Below the pieces are notes generated by a model. It did no database searches. It was given only the letters and a program-made list of their open reading frames with translations, and had not been told where the DNA came from. Below, piece by piece: positions 50,996 to 64,000 of a DNA stretch of 64,000 nucleotides. The stretch lies in contig NC_058374.1 of the NCBI RefSeq assembly GCF_018350175.1, forward strand, positions 74,896,001 to 74,960,000. The letters are read 5' to 3'. A program made the translations under genes and the position numbers. The stretch comes from Felis catus. Taxonomy: Eukaryota. The number at the start of each line of letters is the position of its first letter. Within the stretch, counting starts at the first letter, position 1.

Positions 50996-51574
50996 TTCAT
51001 TATACCATGCTGCTTCTTGCTGATGCCGATATAAATTAATCTAGGTTTCTTATCTTAAGATACGTCAGAAAGAAGACAGGAACAGGATACAATAAACGGA
51101 AAATGATTAGTGGGCAGAACTGGCACAAGTAGCCCAATCCTGAGGAATGGGTTACCTAATGACATCTATCCCCCAGAAACAGTGGTATTAGAAGTGCATG
51201 TCTGGTAGCAGGTGTCAAATGGTTTAGATTTAATCACTCCAGGGGCCTCGGTACTTAGAGCTACTGGACAGTCAACAGGCCGTGAGAGCACTGAATGGAA
51301 ATGCAAACAACTCCAGAAAGAAGGCTGAGAGAAAAAGGGGAGATAAAACTCCCTCTTCCTGGAGCCCGGGACAACTTAAGAAAGAAAGGCAAAGGATGAA
51401 ATCCTTTGGATCACTACATATATATTTACCATTACATTCTGCTTTGATATTGGCTATGCCAATGTTACCACGGGCTAGAAGGTGGGAAGGGACGGGAGAA
51501 GAGACAGAAATTTTAAGAAAACGTGAAGCTCAGGTTGTAGTGGCTCATTAACGCGACAGTGTTAAAAACATTAC

Positions 51575-51679
51575 CTCAGCTCCTTTTTCCAGGAGTAACT
51601 CCACACAGTCAGCATCTGACACCATGCAGGCGCAGTGCAGTGGCTTCAGTGTGCCATGGGTACAGTTCACATCTGCTCC
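51575..51679 (-). CDS. ASB8: ASB8 coding exon (105 nt): GADVNCTHGTLKPLHCACMVSDADCVELLLEKGAE
   Basis: cccgtag| acceptor, GAG|gtaat donor, ankyrin motif, phase 0-0; missed by the ORF track. Confidence 0.95.
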
Positions 51680-53131
51680 CTACGGGCACAAGGAAACTTC
51701 AGTCAGCGTGCTCAGCTCTGGCTCACTGAGTAGGATGAGACTCAGAACTGAGTCCAGGGTGGAAGACGGCTCTAGGTCTGACTGTAGTGGAAACATACTA
51801 CTAGTCTCGGTTTCTACTACATATTAAAATAATACAATGCTAATATCCAAACCGAGGGAACACACTGAAGATGAAAGAAAGAAGCTATCAATTCCCTAGA
51901 TCAAGTTACTAAGTTTTTCCACAAGGTAACTTGCCCGATGGCCATCTAGGCATCACTGAGGACATAACCTTATGCGCAAAAGCAATGGGAAACTTCTCAC
52001 CACTCAGGAAAGCTGGAAAACCCATCCACTTTCTACGGCCGCCATGCTCTACAAAAGTCCAGAAAGTGAGTCGGTCAGACTGAAACCAGGAGACCTGGCA
52101 CCCTCTTTGTCATTCAACGGATGACCATCACTAATAGTAAGGTCATCTTAACGTTATCTTTTTGTTTATAAACACCTTCAAAGTAGCCTCTGAGTACGGG
52201 CATTCTCTGCCACCTAGCCTCCGGAGGTATGGCTCTTTCAAATGTGATGAAAGGAGATGGGGATCTCACAGTCAGACCAAAGTCGCCGAATGACTCAGCA
52301 GCAGAGCTAGAATTAGAACGTGACAAACTTCCTACTGCTGAATCCTCTGGTACCACTTTTGCTGAGAACAAGTTAACGCTGTATGACTATTCCTTCTCAA
52401 AGCTGCACCACACAACCCTGAAGCAGCTACAGAGCTCCAGGCGGTAAATAAGGATTCCACTGTTGTTGAAAAGAAATGTACAAAAGCAACCATCTGGATG
52501 CATTTTCTAGTGATCAAAAAATTACCCTGTAACTTCTCTTCAGCAGGAATAATACTCAGGAAAAGATCTCAAAGACTGTCTAGGATACTAGTTGTATAAC
52601 AATCGCTGAATGGCAGTGGTTAAAGATGTTAAGATGCTTTCTTAAGTCAAAAATTACCCTGCATTTAAAGGTTGACATTCCTTACAGAATTAAAAGTGGT
52701 AGCTGTTGTTAAGATAGATGGCAAGTGATATCTCTCTATGTGATTATTGTAAACCACAAGGATTTGAAAACTGCTTCTGCTTTGCTCGTCTCCTTCCTCC
52801 CTTAGAACACGTGTAGGAGACTTTGAGCTTGCTGGATCCCATATGCATCATATCCAGACAGAGATTTTACAAAGAACGTGAGACTAGGGTCATCCAGAAC
52901 ATATTTCCTGAAGAAAAATATCAGATGCACAAAGTGAAAGGGAGAAGGAAAGGGAAGCAAAACACAAGGAAAATGTATTTGCATTGTCAAGTTAATACAT
53001 GTATGAGGACTGTAAAAACTCCTTGTCATCTTGCGCTGAGTCAATGCTGCAAATCTGGAATCTATCACGATTCCCCAGGAACCTTCCCGCTTCACCTCCC
53101 AAAGTACTCTCCATCAATACAGCACACTCAC

Positions 53132-53260
53132 CCCTCTGATGAGGTCCTCTACATTATCATGTGGGAAGGAACGAATGGCAGCGATTGTTCGGATTAAGCG
53201 CTCTGAGAGAGAGTATTTGCTCTGAATGCTCTGCATAATATACCACATACTGGAACTCAT
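53132..53260 (-). CDS. ASB8: ASB8 first coding exon (exon 53132-53295): MSSSMWYIMQSIQSKYSLSERLIRTIAAIRSFPHDNVEDLIRG; total protein 43+35+210 = 288 aa
   Basis: ATG at 53260-53258, GGG|gtgagt donor, tttgtttcag| acceptor at 53296; matches the recalled human N-terminus. Confidence 0.95.
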
Positions 53261-54462
53261 CAAGGCTCAGAGTATGTTCACATGCTCCAAACTGCCTGAA
53301 ACAAAGAAGTTTTAGGCATATACAATATCACTGAGCATACCTGTCCCTGGGATTAGTTCTCTGAGGCCCTCCCAATAGTAAAAGTAGATTTCAAAGAGGT
53401 CAATGATGAATTAATATTTTTTCTTAATCACAGAGAAATAGATTATAATAGTCGTTCAGGGAGCTGGGTAAACCTGGACGAAAATGTTTTGACCCTCAGC
53501 ACCTCAATTCTACTCTCTGAATAGTCTGGAGCAAGATTTCCTCAAGAGGCCCCAGGACCCTTATGGAGCTCTGTGTAGCTTACAAACAAGACCAGGCAAG
53601 GAAGAAGATATTTTTTAAGGGCAGAAAATGCCACAAAACATTCTTTTCCTCCTCTGGACTTTGTGGTCTTTACGATCAGCATCACCTTTAGCTTACTTGT
53701 TACAGTTGGCCCTGCAGTATAGTTATGTTTATATTGTTTCTCGTCTAAACTGTAATCAATTAGAAGGCGAGGTCCCTGTCTTCTATATTATTGTCCATGT
53801 AAGGCCAGCCACAGAGGCTCACAAAAGTAGGTATTTAATAAATACCGGTTGATTGACTAAAGGCTAAGAAGTGATCGATACCTGTGAGAAGAGAGGGAAA
53901 AGGTTATGGAACAAATACATGTATGTTAACAATGGCAAGACATCTGTGAAACAGTTTAAAATGTCTTCAGCAAAGAAAAAAGTGGGAAATATTTGAAGTG
54001 GTATTCTAAAACAAAAAACTCAAAAGTATAATTAGTCATGTATATAAGAAAAAAAATCAAAGTTCACACCAACGACGTATGTTTGTAGCTACAGGAAAAC
54101 AAGCAGATTTAAGAGTGCAAAATGAATTAAAAATTTTAATAATTGGCCATTCGTGACAACTGGGAAATAGATTTGGGCAAATATATGTTCAAACCACAAT
54201 ATGACAGAGGGTTCTAGCATGGAAAAGAACATAATGCAATGTACTTAAATTTAACTGATAGAAGTTTTGGCTATATAAGAGCCATATACTAATTGGGAAA
54301 CATTTAAAATTACAACAAACAAGGTGGAACATTTCCATGAAAAGGCATATATCAAAAACTGTAGAGAAGATATACTATGCAGCATCAGCTCTCTAGGTGT
54401 AACTGCTTAGGAATAAGTGTTCCTATTAAACTATAAGCTCCTTGGGGGTAAATATAGTGTTA

Positions 54463-54689
54463 TTTCTTTTTTTTTTTAATTTTTTTAATGTTTATTTTTG
54501 AGAGAGAGAGAGAGAGAGAGAGAGAGCAAGCAGGGGAGGGGCAGAGAGAGGGAGATACAGAATCTAAAGCAAGCTCCAGGCTCTGAGCTGTCAGCACACA
54601 GCCCAACGTGGGGCTCGAACTGGTGCACTGCAAGATCATGACCTGAGCTGAGGTCGGACGCTCAACCGATTGAGCCACCCAGGTGCCCC
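54463..54689 (-). mobile_element. CanSINE in ASB8 intron 1
   Basis: Poly-T tail, (GA)n tract, CCACCCAGGTGCCCC head. Confidence 0.93.
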
Positions 54690-55649
54690 AAATATAATAG
54701 CTCCTGGCACATGGCAGTTTCTCAATAAATATTTGTTGAGTTAATGTAAAAATTATTACTTTAGATCCTTAAAAATTCAAGACTTGCATAATCAAAAATG
54801 TTATGTATATGACTTAGACTAAGGGGAAAAAACCTAAAATGACTTTGGTCATTTCAAATTATGTAAATTTTGCTTTTTGTAATGAAGTGTCTCCTTATAC
54901 TTGAATAGTTTCTATTTTACTATTTATCTGTTTAAACTGTATACAGTATTAATTAATAGAATGCAAGTTAAAATATTCAATTCATAGGTATCAATACTTC
55001 ATATCAGGCATTCTTCTCCCCTACGTTATTATGAATGAATAAGCTTACATGTACACCTGTTTATATGTCTCTCTGAAACTTTCTAGATAATTTAGACTTG
55101 ACATAATTTTAACCTAACAGCCACTAAACTCAGAAACAAGGGTGTGTATCTTACACTTCTTTGTTGCAAGGCGAAAGGAGAAAAAAAGCAGCCGGTGCAT
55201 TTGAACTAGAGATCCCAAGAAAGGGGGCAGAAGACAGAGCATCTAAAGTGGAAGGCTTAGACTGGACTTGCTCTGTTAACCGTTTCTGGGCAATGGATGA
55301 TCTGAAGAAACTAAACCCTGCAATCATTTTCGAGACGTTCTTGTGACTCTAGGCTAAGAACTCCTAAGTCAGGGTATGACCAGTGGTCTTCTGCTGCTGC
55401 ATCGAAGTTCCCGGTAAAGAGTGAAACTTCGGGGCACATTGACGATATGCACTGTCGGGAAGGGTCAAGGCAATGTAAACTTGACCTATCTTCCGACAGC
55501 AGCCCGTGCGCGGTTTGACCCCAAGTGGCCCCTTTCCTCTGCTGGAACTAAGAGTCCTCTCTCCCACATTTTCTTTCACTTCGGATCCAAAGAAAACACC
55601 AAGAGGTATTCTACTGCGATGCTAGAAGCACAGTGGAAGAGAGGCGACA

Positions 55650-56500
55650 TTCAACAGCTCTGGTGCTAGTGACGCCTCAGCTTCCGCCCGAGCTGAGAGA
55701 CCCTCAGCCTAGTCAGAGGCGCCCCCAACCCCACCACACCTGCTGAGGGGGAGAGCTCGCGGCCGCTACGTGTTGCCGAGGCAAAGGGCCGAAGGGCAAG
55801 GACACGAAATGCGAGGACGTGTGGTGTCACTTTGCGCATGGGATCCGAAAAAATCGCAGCAACCCCGGCAGGTCTCCCGGAACGAGGGGTGAAAGAGGGT
55901 CGCGCAACCCACACCGGTGGAGCCCCGGAGGTTAACCACCCCCCTCCCTGATTTCCCCAAGGCCGGGAACCTGTCTCTGCCGCGAGGGCTAACGAAACCC
56001 GAGCGGGGAACGGAGGAGTTACTAGGCGTAGTGCCACGAGTTAGGGAACCTGGCTGCAGGCAGGCCCGCAACGAGGGACGCACTCACCGAACCTCGGGGC
56101 AGAGCTGGGAGGTGAAAGCCGCTGTCAAGGTGTGACCCGGAAACAGAAGTTGGCGTCTCCAGCTGGCCTCTGTTTACAGGATGTGAAGAGCGATTGGGGC
56201 ACCTGCGCACCGGCCAATGGCTGCAGGCGGGGGGCGCCTGCGCAGAGTCCTGAGGCAGCCTCCGTCCTACCCAGGCATAGTTAACGGATTATTTTCTTTC
56301 CCTGCCGGAGGGTTTGTGCGCCGGCGCAATGTAGCGCTGTCGGCCATTGCCCGGGGTCTTGGGTCCGCAGCTCTAGGCAAAAAGCTCACCGCCCCCGGCT
56401 ATTGGGCCGAGTCTGTGGGGCCGCCCCTATGTGGACCAGGCCGGTAGTGGGTCCTTCCGTGCTTTCCGCCTCCCCCCACGGTCTCCAGCTGAGATCGGGC
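55650..56500. promoter_or_regulatory. ASB8: ASB8 CpG-island promoter
   Basis: CpG-rich. CCAAT boxes at 56193-56197, 56214-56218 and 56401-56405; NRF1 GCGCCTGCGCA at 56234-56244; ETS-like CCGGAA at 56137-56142; GC box near 56420. Confidence 0.85.
56088..56180 (-). other. ASB8: ASB8 non-coding exon 1 (5' end approximate)
   Basis: Minus-strand donor CG|GTGAGT (plus ACTCAC at 56082-56087) inside the CpG island, just downstream of the CCAAT/NRF1 cluster. Confidence 0.6.
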
Positions 56501-59500
56501 CTGGGCACCTCATTTCTAACCTTGCTACATTGGTTCGGTTGCTTAGGAGACTAAACTGTTAGTAAGAAGCGTCTTTGGAAAATAAAAGAGACTTCCATGA
56601 TTATTCACAATATTGGAAACGTGTGCTTTCTGAAACCTCCTGGATAGTGTCCACCCTTCCTCAAAGGGAACTATACCGAAGATAAACAACCGCCTAAGAG
56701 GCGTAGCAGTCCAAATGTCGAAGACTGAAAACGACGTACCCGCTGACAGTAACCCTTCCCAGCCAGGGAGATGCTGCAGCGTCTCAGTGATGTCCTTCCC
56801 AAGCAAAAGCATAAACATTGGAAGCCAGCAGCACGTAGTGGTGCAGGTACAGTGAAGCAGCCTGCACAGGCTGACTCTAAGTGCTGTGATCTACCTGGCT
56901 GCCTGTTTAACCAAGAACAGCCCAACACCTACTCCCCAAAGCTTGTTCTAAGCAGCAGCATCAACCAGTTTGAGAATAAAGCAGGGCCCAGACAGTTCAT
57001 GAACATCAATGAGGGGATGGTGAACTGGAGAATCTCACGCCTTGTCTGAGGAGTGAGCCTCCCCTGCGTTCCAAACTCAAAAGATTTTTGCCATGCAGGA
57101 ATGTGTCCCCCACCTTCTGCCACTCTGCTGTGGTGAGGTTGTTCAATTTTTCCAAAGAAGCTGATACCCAGTTGTTTTAAACAAGTGAATCCTCCAAGTT
57201 GCAAATATTGGCAACATTAAAAAAAAAATCATTTTGAAAGCAGGCAACATTCAGCCTTGTAAGCCACCAATTCTATACTCTAGATTAAAGAAAGGGCTGC
57301 TTTGGTCGGGATTAAAGGCTGCTTTGATCATTGACAGCTCTATGGAAGAAGGGTTTAGGGGTAGCTCTCTGATTGGGAGGGGTTCTGGGGAGTTGACTTG
57401 AAGCTGTAGCTACATATTAACTACATTGCTTTTAATTCATAGATTTACTTAGGAAAGCTTGAAGGAGGCTAGCCGCCCCCCCCCCCCCCCCCCCCCCGCA
57501 AGCTGCTCTAAAGCATTTGATCAAATTCAGTGAATGGAAACAGTTTGATTCTGTGCCCATTGCTTCTAAACCAGAAATTTGTATTAGGGCTCTAGAGACT
57601 GTTAAATCTCCAAACACAAGGGCAAGAGATACCTGTGTTGGTGCTAATCACAAATGGGGAAGTTCATCCTGTGAACCTAAACCCTTCCTGGCCACCAGCA
57701 GGGAAGATCATAGAAAAATCAAGCCACTACATGTGTTGTCAAACCTAACCTCGGTTCAGTTAGTACCTCTCAAACTCCCATCCCTATGTCTAGAACTGTG
57801 TGACTCACATTAATACCCCAATGGTATATTCTCCCCCAAATCCCCTTGAATCCTACTTAGCTGGGGAATTAATGAGGTGAGAGTCAGATGTGTAATAAAT
57901 TCCACTGCATCATGCAGTGGGCCCAGGTGTGCTAAGTCTCCCTGTGTCTAGATCCAGTAAAGTGATGCTCTGCTTGGCACCATCCATAGCTTTCTCTAAG
58001 TGGAGAATGAGCTTCAGACAACTGACCTATTGAGGGAATGGTGACTGCAGGCTGCTTTTGTTCAATGTCATATACTACCCAGGATGGTGGAGTACATCCT
58101 GTACCCAGAGTACAGAAGGTCTAGCTTTTGTCCTGGCTCTGAGACTGATAGTTATTTCATTCCATTTCATTGGGCATCCGTTTTCTCATTGTGAGAGCAT
58201 TGGCTGAAATCATTTCTGAATATCCTTCCATTTCTATAATTCCGAATCTATTTAATTCCAAAGCAAAAGTTCCTGCTTCCAAAATTTTTTACTTTCATCA
58301 AACGAGTACAGTTTTATGACTATCATAATACTACTATGTTAATGGGACCTTTGAAGTCTTAATTATAGGATGCCAAAGTCTACATAGTTTCCATTCCATT
58401 TTTGCTTCTTCTGTTGCCTCCTTTCTAAAGCAAGGTAAAGACAGTGCTGTTTCCAAGCTTCCAATTTTTAAATGTCATTGGTATTATATAATGTTCAAGC
58501 ATACTGAAAAAACTGGAGAGAATAGTATGATGAACTCCTATCCATCATCTATATTTAACACAGTAACATTTCGCCAATTATTTTAAATCATTTTTTTCTT
58601 TGTTGTTTTGTTCAGCTTTAGGGTTTTTAGTTAAGCCATTCAGATAATATCCACACTTCTCACAGTTTGGGGGGAAGTTTTGATTTGACATCCCATAAGT
58701 TTTCTAAAAATTGAACTATCTCGTGTTTATTTATCCATTTCTTCCTTGAAAAATATGAATTTTTCCCTGTGTTGTCTCATTTCTCAAAATTTCTTCACTG
58801 GTAAATTTTGAGGTGTATAAACTCTGCGAAACTCCCAACATCTTATAAATATAGAATTATTTGTCTCCCAGGGAGACTCGCATAGGCCATCTATGCAGAT
58901 TATTTCATAATGTTTCTGAGAATCCACTGCACAGCCAAAGGAAGTTTCAGGTCCATTCATTCATACATTTATCAAACATTTGCCGGCACCTATGTTGTTC
59001 CAGGCTCAGGGCTCACAGTGCAGGGAAGACAGTGATGGAGAAACACATTCCCTTATTTTCAGGGGTTGGATATAGATTTGCAAACAGTCAGTTGCAATTC
59101 AGGATAATAATTTCAATAAAGTTTTCACGTGCAAAGTCAATGGTGAAGAACAGTTCTACTTCAGAGTAAGGTCAAAAGAATAGTAGAGGGGAAGGGTCTG
59201 TGAAGATGTTTCTTGAGGAACAATTTGTTTCTGCTTGAGGAACAATTTGCTTCTTCAATTTGTTCCCACTCCCTTCCCACCCAGAGGGAGACATAGTGCT
59301 GGTGCTGCATCCTTGTCCTCCAGCCCAGAGAGGGATTTCTGTGGGACCAGAGAGCTTGGCACCTGTTTCCCACAGTTGTGAAACACAGTGGCCTGCACCA
59401 GCTCTTGCCTAAAATTTAAAGGCAGTAGCCACAAAACGGAGGTGGCTGCAGTGGGATCTGCAGCACTCCCAGATTCAATAGCAGTGACGAATGTGTGAAT

Positions 59501-62500
59501 GTTTCCAAGACCAGATATGGGCCATACAGAAGACAGTCAGCATGGTGTTGCCTTTGGTTTACTCAAAAAGGGTTGTCTAGAGGTGTGGAGAGACCCAGTG
59601 ACCAGAAGTTAGAGGTGAACAAACATAGGAATCCTAGAATACACAGAAGATGTCAGAGGCAACCATCTGCATCTATTTAGGCCAAAGAGACTGGAGTGAG
59701 AGGTCTCTGATGAGAGCAATCTGCAAAGAACCTTTAAAGTACCCTACAGGAAAATTTCAACTTAAATCATCTGCCTGACCCAGGTAGTACAGATCTGTCA
59801 TATCCCTGAGCTGTCTTGCTTCCCACTTGTACACAGCAAGTCAAACAGCAGCTAGCTGGGGTGGGGGGGGAGGTAAGTTAAGGAGAAAGCTGAAGGCAGG
59901 CAGCCACCAGCCACAAGAAGCCTTATGTGGGGGAAGGGGGAGGAGAAGTCTTAAACTAGTGCTTAGAATGAAGACTGAAGTATTTGATTGCCATCTTGGA
60001 CTGGAAACATTCTAAATACCAAATCAAGACTCTTTCTTGACTTAAAGTGACTTACTTAAAGGATTGTCAGTTATCAAAGAACGAACCAAAAAGTCAGGGA
60101 ATCTGCCCAATTTTCCATTCAGGGAAAATTGCAGGGGAAGATTATCCCTTCCCCGTATCTTTAAAAGATGGTAAAAGCCAAAAACCAAGATGGCATTTTG
60201 ATCACATCCGTGAATTTTGCATTCAACATTCCAGCTCCATCCCTATACATTTTAGTTTGTTATTTGTGATCTTCATGCTTTGATTACAAATGAGTTGTTT
60301 TTTGCTTGTTTTAAATGTGTTGTGTGTCTCTCATACGACTTTTAGGTCATTATGTTGTCTTCTCTTCCCTGCTAATTCCAGTCCTGCTCTCAAGAAGTGT
60401 TCATTAGATGGTGTTGATTGACAGTACAACTAGTGTTCCTATTTTCAGACCTTGGCATAAACGTAACTAGAAATTTGATAATGCTGTTTTGCTTGTAACG
60501 ATTGATGCCATTGCTGTTCAACATGTATTAGCGTCCGGTATCTGGGTAGGTGCCATTGAAGTGTCCCAGGTTACAGATCTGGGTGTCTTACTTTTTGAGT
60601 TTGGCGGCTACCTAACAGGCACAGGCTTTTGTGCAACTCCTTTTCTTGGAGTGAAAAACTCCTCTCTTCACCTGCTGGCTCCAAACGTTTTCCTGATTTT
60701 GAGTGCTATCCTCTAGAGTGACAGTGTGCTGGGGGAGAGGAATTCTGTCTTGCAGCTTCTGTAAGTGGTAACCTAAAGCCTTTCACAACAGTTTTCTGGC
60801 TTCTGGCCAGAGCTTATCTCTTCCTCTTCTGTCTGAAAAGGACTCATCTTTCTTCAGGGGCCACTCAGCTAATGTTGATGCAAAGTTTTCCTGACATGCT
60901 TCCTAGAGAAAGGTGACTTAAGTAAGAAGTAATTTCTTCAAATGAGCTTTTGTCACCAAAGTGGGGGAGGGGGTGGGGAAGAGGAGGAGAACCAAAACGA
61001 AGTTTGTGATATCCTAAGAGCCAAGGAGAGAGAAGGGATCAGTCAAAATTAACAAAGTAGGGTAAGAAAAAATAAGATCTAAGTGTCAGACTAGTTAGGA
61101 AAAATAGTGTTGCTTCATTAATATAATAGTGTTTTTCTCTTTACTTTGAATTTCTTCAGTTTTGAGAGCTATTGTTTATTGCATATCTCTTATTTTAGAG
61201 ACATCATAATCTGCAAATGCCATAGGGACTAAGTTTCCAGTTCTGACAGTAGTCCTAGTTACTTTGCTTGTCTAAGCAATTTACATTACCTAAATCTCAG
61301 TTTACTCATCTGTACAGGCAAGAGTAACAACACTTACCCCAAGAGTTAATTTCACAAAACATAGATCACATTTGTGAAAGGTGGTTTTGTAAGCTATATA
61401 AATGTTGGTTCTTATCTATGTCATCTTTGTAATATTTTGTATTTGTCTAGTTCTCCCAGTTGCACCATAAACGCCTCTAAGGCACAGATGTAGATTTCCT
61501 GCACTCACTGCTCCCTTCCCCACAGCAGACAGTAGGTATTGGATAAATGTAAACAGGATTGAACTAAAGTGAACTGACCTCCCAAAGACAGGAATAGTAG
61601 AATGCCTCTATGTACTGGTGCTTGATCCCGAGAAAGATGTCAGAAGTTACATTTAAAGAGAAATTTGAAAAGGAACTTTGGAAATAGAGCAAAGGAAAAA
61701 AAAAGTTCAGAGAAATATAAGCCTCCTGAAGCTTTTTATACACTTAAACCTTGTCCAAGAGAAAGTAGTTCAGCAGAGAAAAGAACCGAATTAATGTGCA
61801 GCAGGGGTAGTCTCCCAAGACATGTCATCAGGATTAAACAAGGACTTCTTTCAGAATCTGCTCAGAGGCAGACAGGCTCCCAATATTCACACTGTTCTTT
61901 TATTTTTTCCCTTTAACTTTCCCCAAAGGCTCAGGGAAATTTACAAATAACTACTTTTTGAAAATTACTTTGGCCTTATAGGTTACCAATATTTTACACT
62001 ATCAGAATAATTTTAAGACATTTTGAGACTTCACAGAGAAAGAACGCTTGAGGGATTTGGAAGGGGGGAATGCAGTAAAAATACAAATAACAATGTTAAT
62101 GATAATATATAAATTAGATATACATAGATATTATTTTTCCAAGAATGTGATCAGTTACAGCTAAATCACCTAGCAAACCAAGACTGGAATAGACAACTAG
62201 CAGGAGAGATTTTAAGATTGTTTAAGGAAGGGAAATTAACACAGGAAATGCTCACTCTTATGGTACCACTGGGTGGTCCAAACTGATCTGGAGAGTTCTA
62301 CTAGCAAGGAATGATTGGATTCTCTGAATCAATTTCAGGGATTTAAGAAGCTTACTAACTGTTAACTTCATGATTTTGTGCTCTCTTGAGGTCCATGCTA
62401 TTTCTAGTAGGAGTAGGTCTCCCCCTAGAGGAGAAATAGAGAATTTGTTCCTTCAGGCTTCTTGCTCAGCGTTCAGCAAGTAGTTCTGTGTTCATTCATG

Positions 62501-62572
62501 CACCATTCAACCATTCATTCAATAAATACTTATTAAATTCTATTAATGTGCTGTTCCTTATTATAGATTCTT

Positions 62573-62794
62573 TTTTTTTTAATTTTTTTTTCAACGTTTA
62601 TTTATTTTTGGGACAGAGAGAGACAGAGCATGAACGGGGGAGGGGCAGAGAGAGAGGGAGACACAGAATCGGAAACAAGCTCCAGGCTCTGAGCCATCAG
62701 CCCAGAGCCTGACGCGGGGCTCGAACTCACGGACCGCGAGATCGTGACCTGGCTGAAGTCGGATGCGTAACCGACTGCGCCACCCAGGCGCCCC
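62573..62794 (-). mobile_element. Young felid SINE, TSD TAGATTCTT (62564-62572 / 62795-62803), inserted in an L2 remnant (~62490-63610)
   Basis: CpG-intact body nearly identical to 34981-35201. Confidence 0.96.
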
Positions 62795-63615
62795 TAGATT
62801 CTTAAGATACAATTGAATATAAGATCAACATGGTCCCTGCCTCCAGGGAAACTATAGTTAGTGTCAGAAATAAACATTAGATAAAGAATCACCCAAATGC
62901 CTTGACAACGTTCTATAAAGGGAAAGTATGGAGGGTAATATGGTCATTCAATAGAGAGCCTCTATAACACTGGGAGGTAAAGGAAAACTTCCCTGAGCAC
63001 AGACTTGGAAAATGAATGGATATAACCAGATAAAAGCTATGGATCAGAGGTGAAGGGAGTGGGCACTGCAGCAAATGGACAGGAGTATTTAAAGACTGTG
63101 AGAGCAAAAAAGCTTACGGAATTGGAAGAAGAATAAGAAGCCAGAATGATAAGGAGACCAAGGGCACAAGTTGAGGCCAAAAAGGAACAGATGCTCCAAA
63201 TCAGGCAGGGTCTTGGTGGACATGCTAAGGGTTCTAAACTTTATCCCAAAAGAATAGGAAGCTATTGATAGGTTTTATGCAAGTGACATAATCATGTCTA
63301 TGTATTTAAAGGATTACCTTGAGTTTCTGATGAAGAATGGATTATAAAAGGGTCAGAGTAAAGACTAAAATAGGAAAAATAGCAATTAAGTGATCTAGGC
63401 AAGAAGTGATGGGGACTTGGACTAGAGTGGTGGCCATATAAAGGGAGAAGAGTGAATTTGAAATACTTTAGGTTAGAATTAATAGGGCTGAGTGATTGAC
63501 TACAAGCTGAAGATGAGAGGGTACAGTTTGCCAACAGTGATTCTTAGATTTTTTCTGTATGCTCCTAGGTGAATTGAGAAGCCATTAACAAAGGTAGGAA
63601 CTTGAGAGGAAACAG

Positions 63616-63641
63616 GTGTGTGTGTGTGTGTGTGTGTGTGT
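63616..63641 (+). repeat. (TG)n microsatellite
   Basis: Directly visible. Confidence 0.95.
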
Positions 63642-63750
63642 TGGGGGGGATCTGATCAAAGGTCAGTTCATGAAATATTTATTAAGGCTCCTACTAACTT
63701 TCAGGCAGTGTGTTTGGCACTAGACACTGGAAATTAAAAAGTGGAGGCAA

Positions 63751-63958
63751 GGGGAGCCTGGGTGGCTCACTCAGTTAAGCGTTGGACTTCAACTCAGGTC
63801 ATGATCTCGTGGTTTGCAACTTTGAGCCCCACATCAGGCTTTGTGCTGACAGCTCAGAGCCTGGAGCCTGCTTAGGATTCTATGTCTCCCTTTCTCTGCC
63901 CCGCCCCCACTTGGTCTCTCTCTCAAAATTAAATAAACATTAAAAAATTTTTTTTAAA
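63751..63958 (+). mobile_element. CanSINE, TSD TGGAGGCAA
   Basis: GGGGAGCCTGGGTGGCTCA head, A-rich tail, TSD at 63742-63750 / 63959-63967. Confidence 0.93.
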
Positions 63959-64000
63959 TGGAGGCAATACAGGACTCCTGCCACAAGAAACTTTTGACTA

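Noticed and set aside
52114-52447. Overlapping 72-85 aa ORFs in ASB8 intron 2 with protein-like composition
   Set aside because: Short, no domain or homolog I recognise, no convincing exon structure. Would need PhyloCSF or ribosome profiling.
56771-64000. Scattered 60-100 aa ORFs right of the ASB8 promoter, and the possibility of the next syntenic gene (CCDC184)
   Set aside because: No recognisable coding homology. The region is largely L2, MIR, L1 and SINE debris, and the next gene appears to lie beyond the window.

Overview
This is mammalian genomic DNA from a cat-family (Felidae) species: it carries felid-type CanSINEs and a felid-type L1 3' end. It has seven N-gaps (1743-1898, 11915-12066, 15033-15344, 16854-16994, 17445-17580, 19993-20210, 26084-26215). 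The gene order matches human 12q13.11. A CpG island at about 1.2-2.3 kb holds the SENP1 first exon (minus strand), overlapping the far-upstream first exon of PFKM (plus strand). PFKM (muscle 6-phosphofructokinase) spans about 1.65-46.7 kb. I traced 21 of its 22 canonical coding exons with in-phase GT-AG junctions, plus two exons encoding an N-terminal extension; the canonical ATG exon is almost certainly inside the gap at 26084-26215. ASB8 lies on the minus strand (288 aa, three coding exons, CpG promoter near 56 kb), convergent with PFKM. The rest is intron or intergenic DNA rich in L1, L2, MIR, Tigger2, MER and CanSINE elements. I found no prokaryote-style system and cannot claim a wholly new biological system. 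The best leads are: a young SINE inserted at the branch point before PFKM exon 5, which also splits the apparent homolog of the human mirtron MIR6505; an unexplained ~300-bp inverted duplication with a perfect 165-bp core; candidate unannotated cassette exons in the long 5' intron; and a 2-residue linker insertion from a shifted splice donor. All comparisons with human, dog or mouse sequence are from memory, not database searches.
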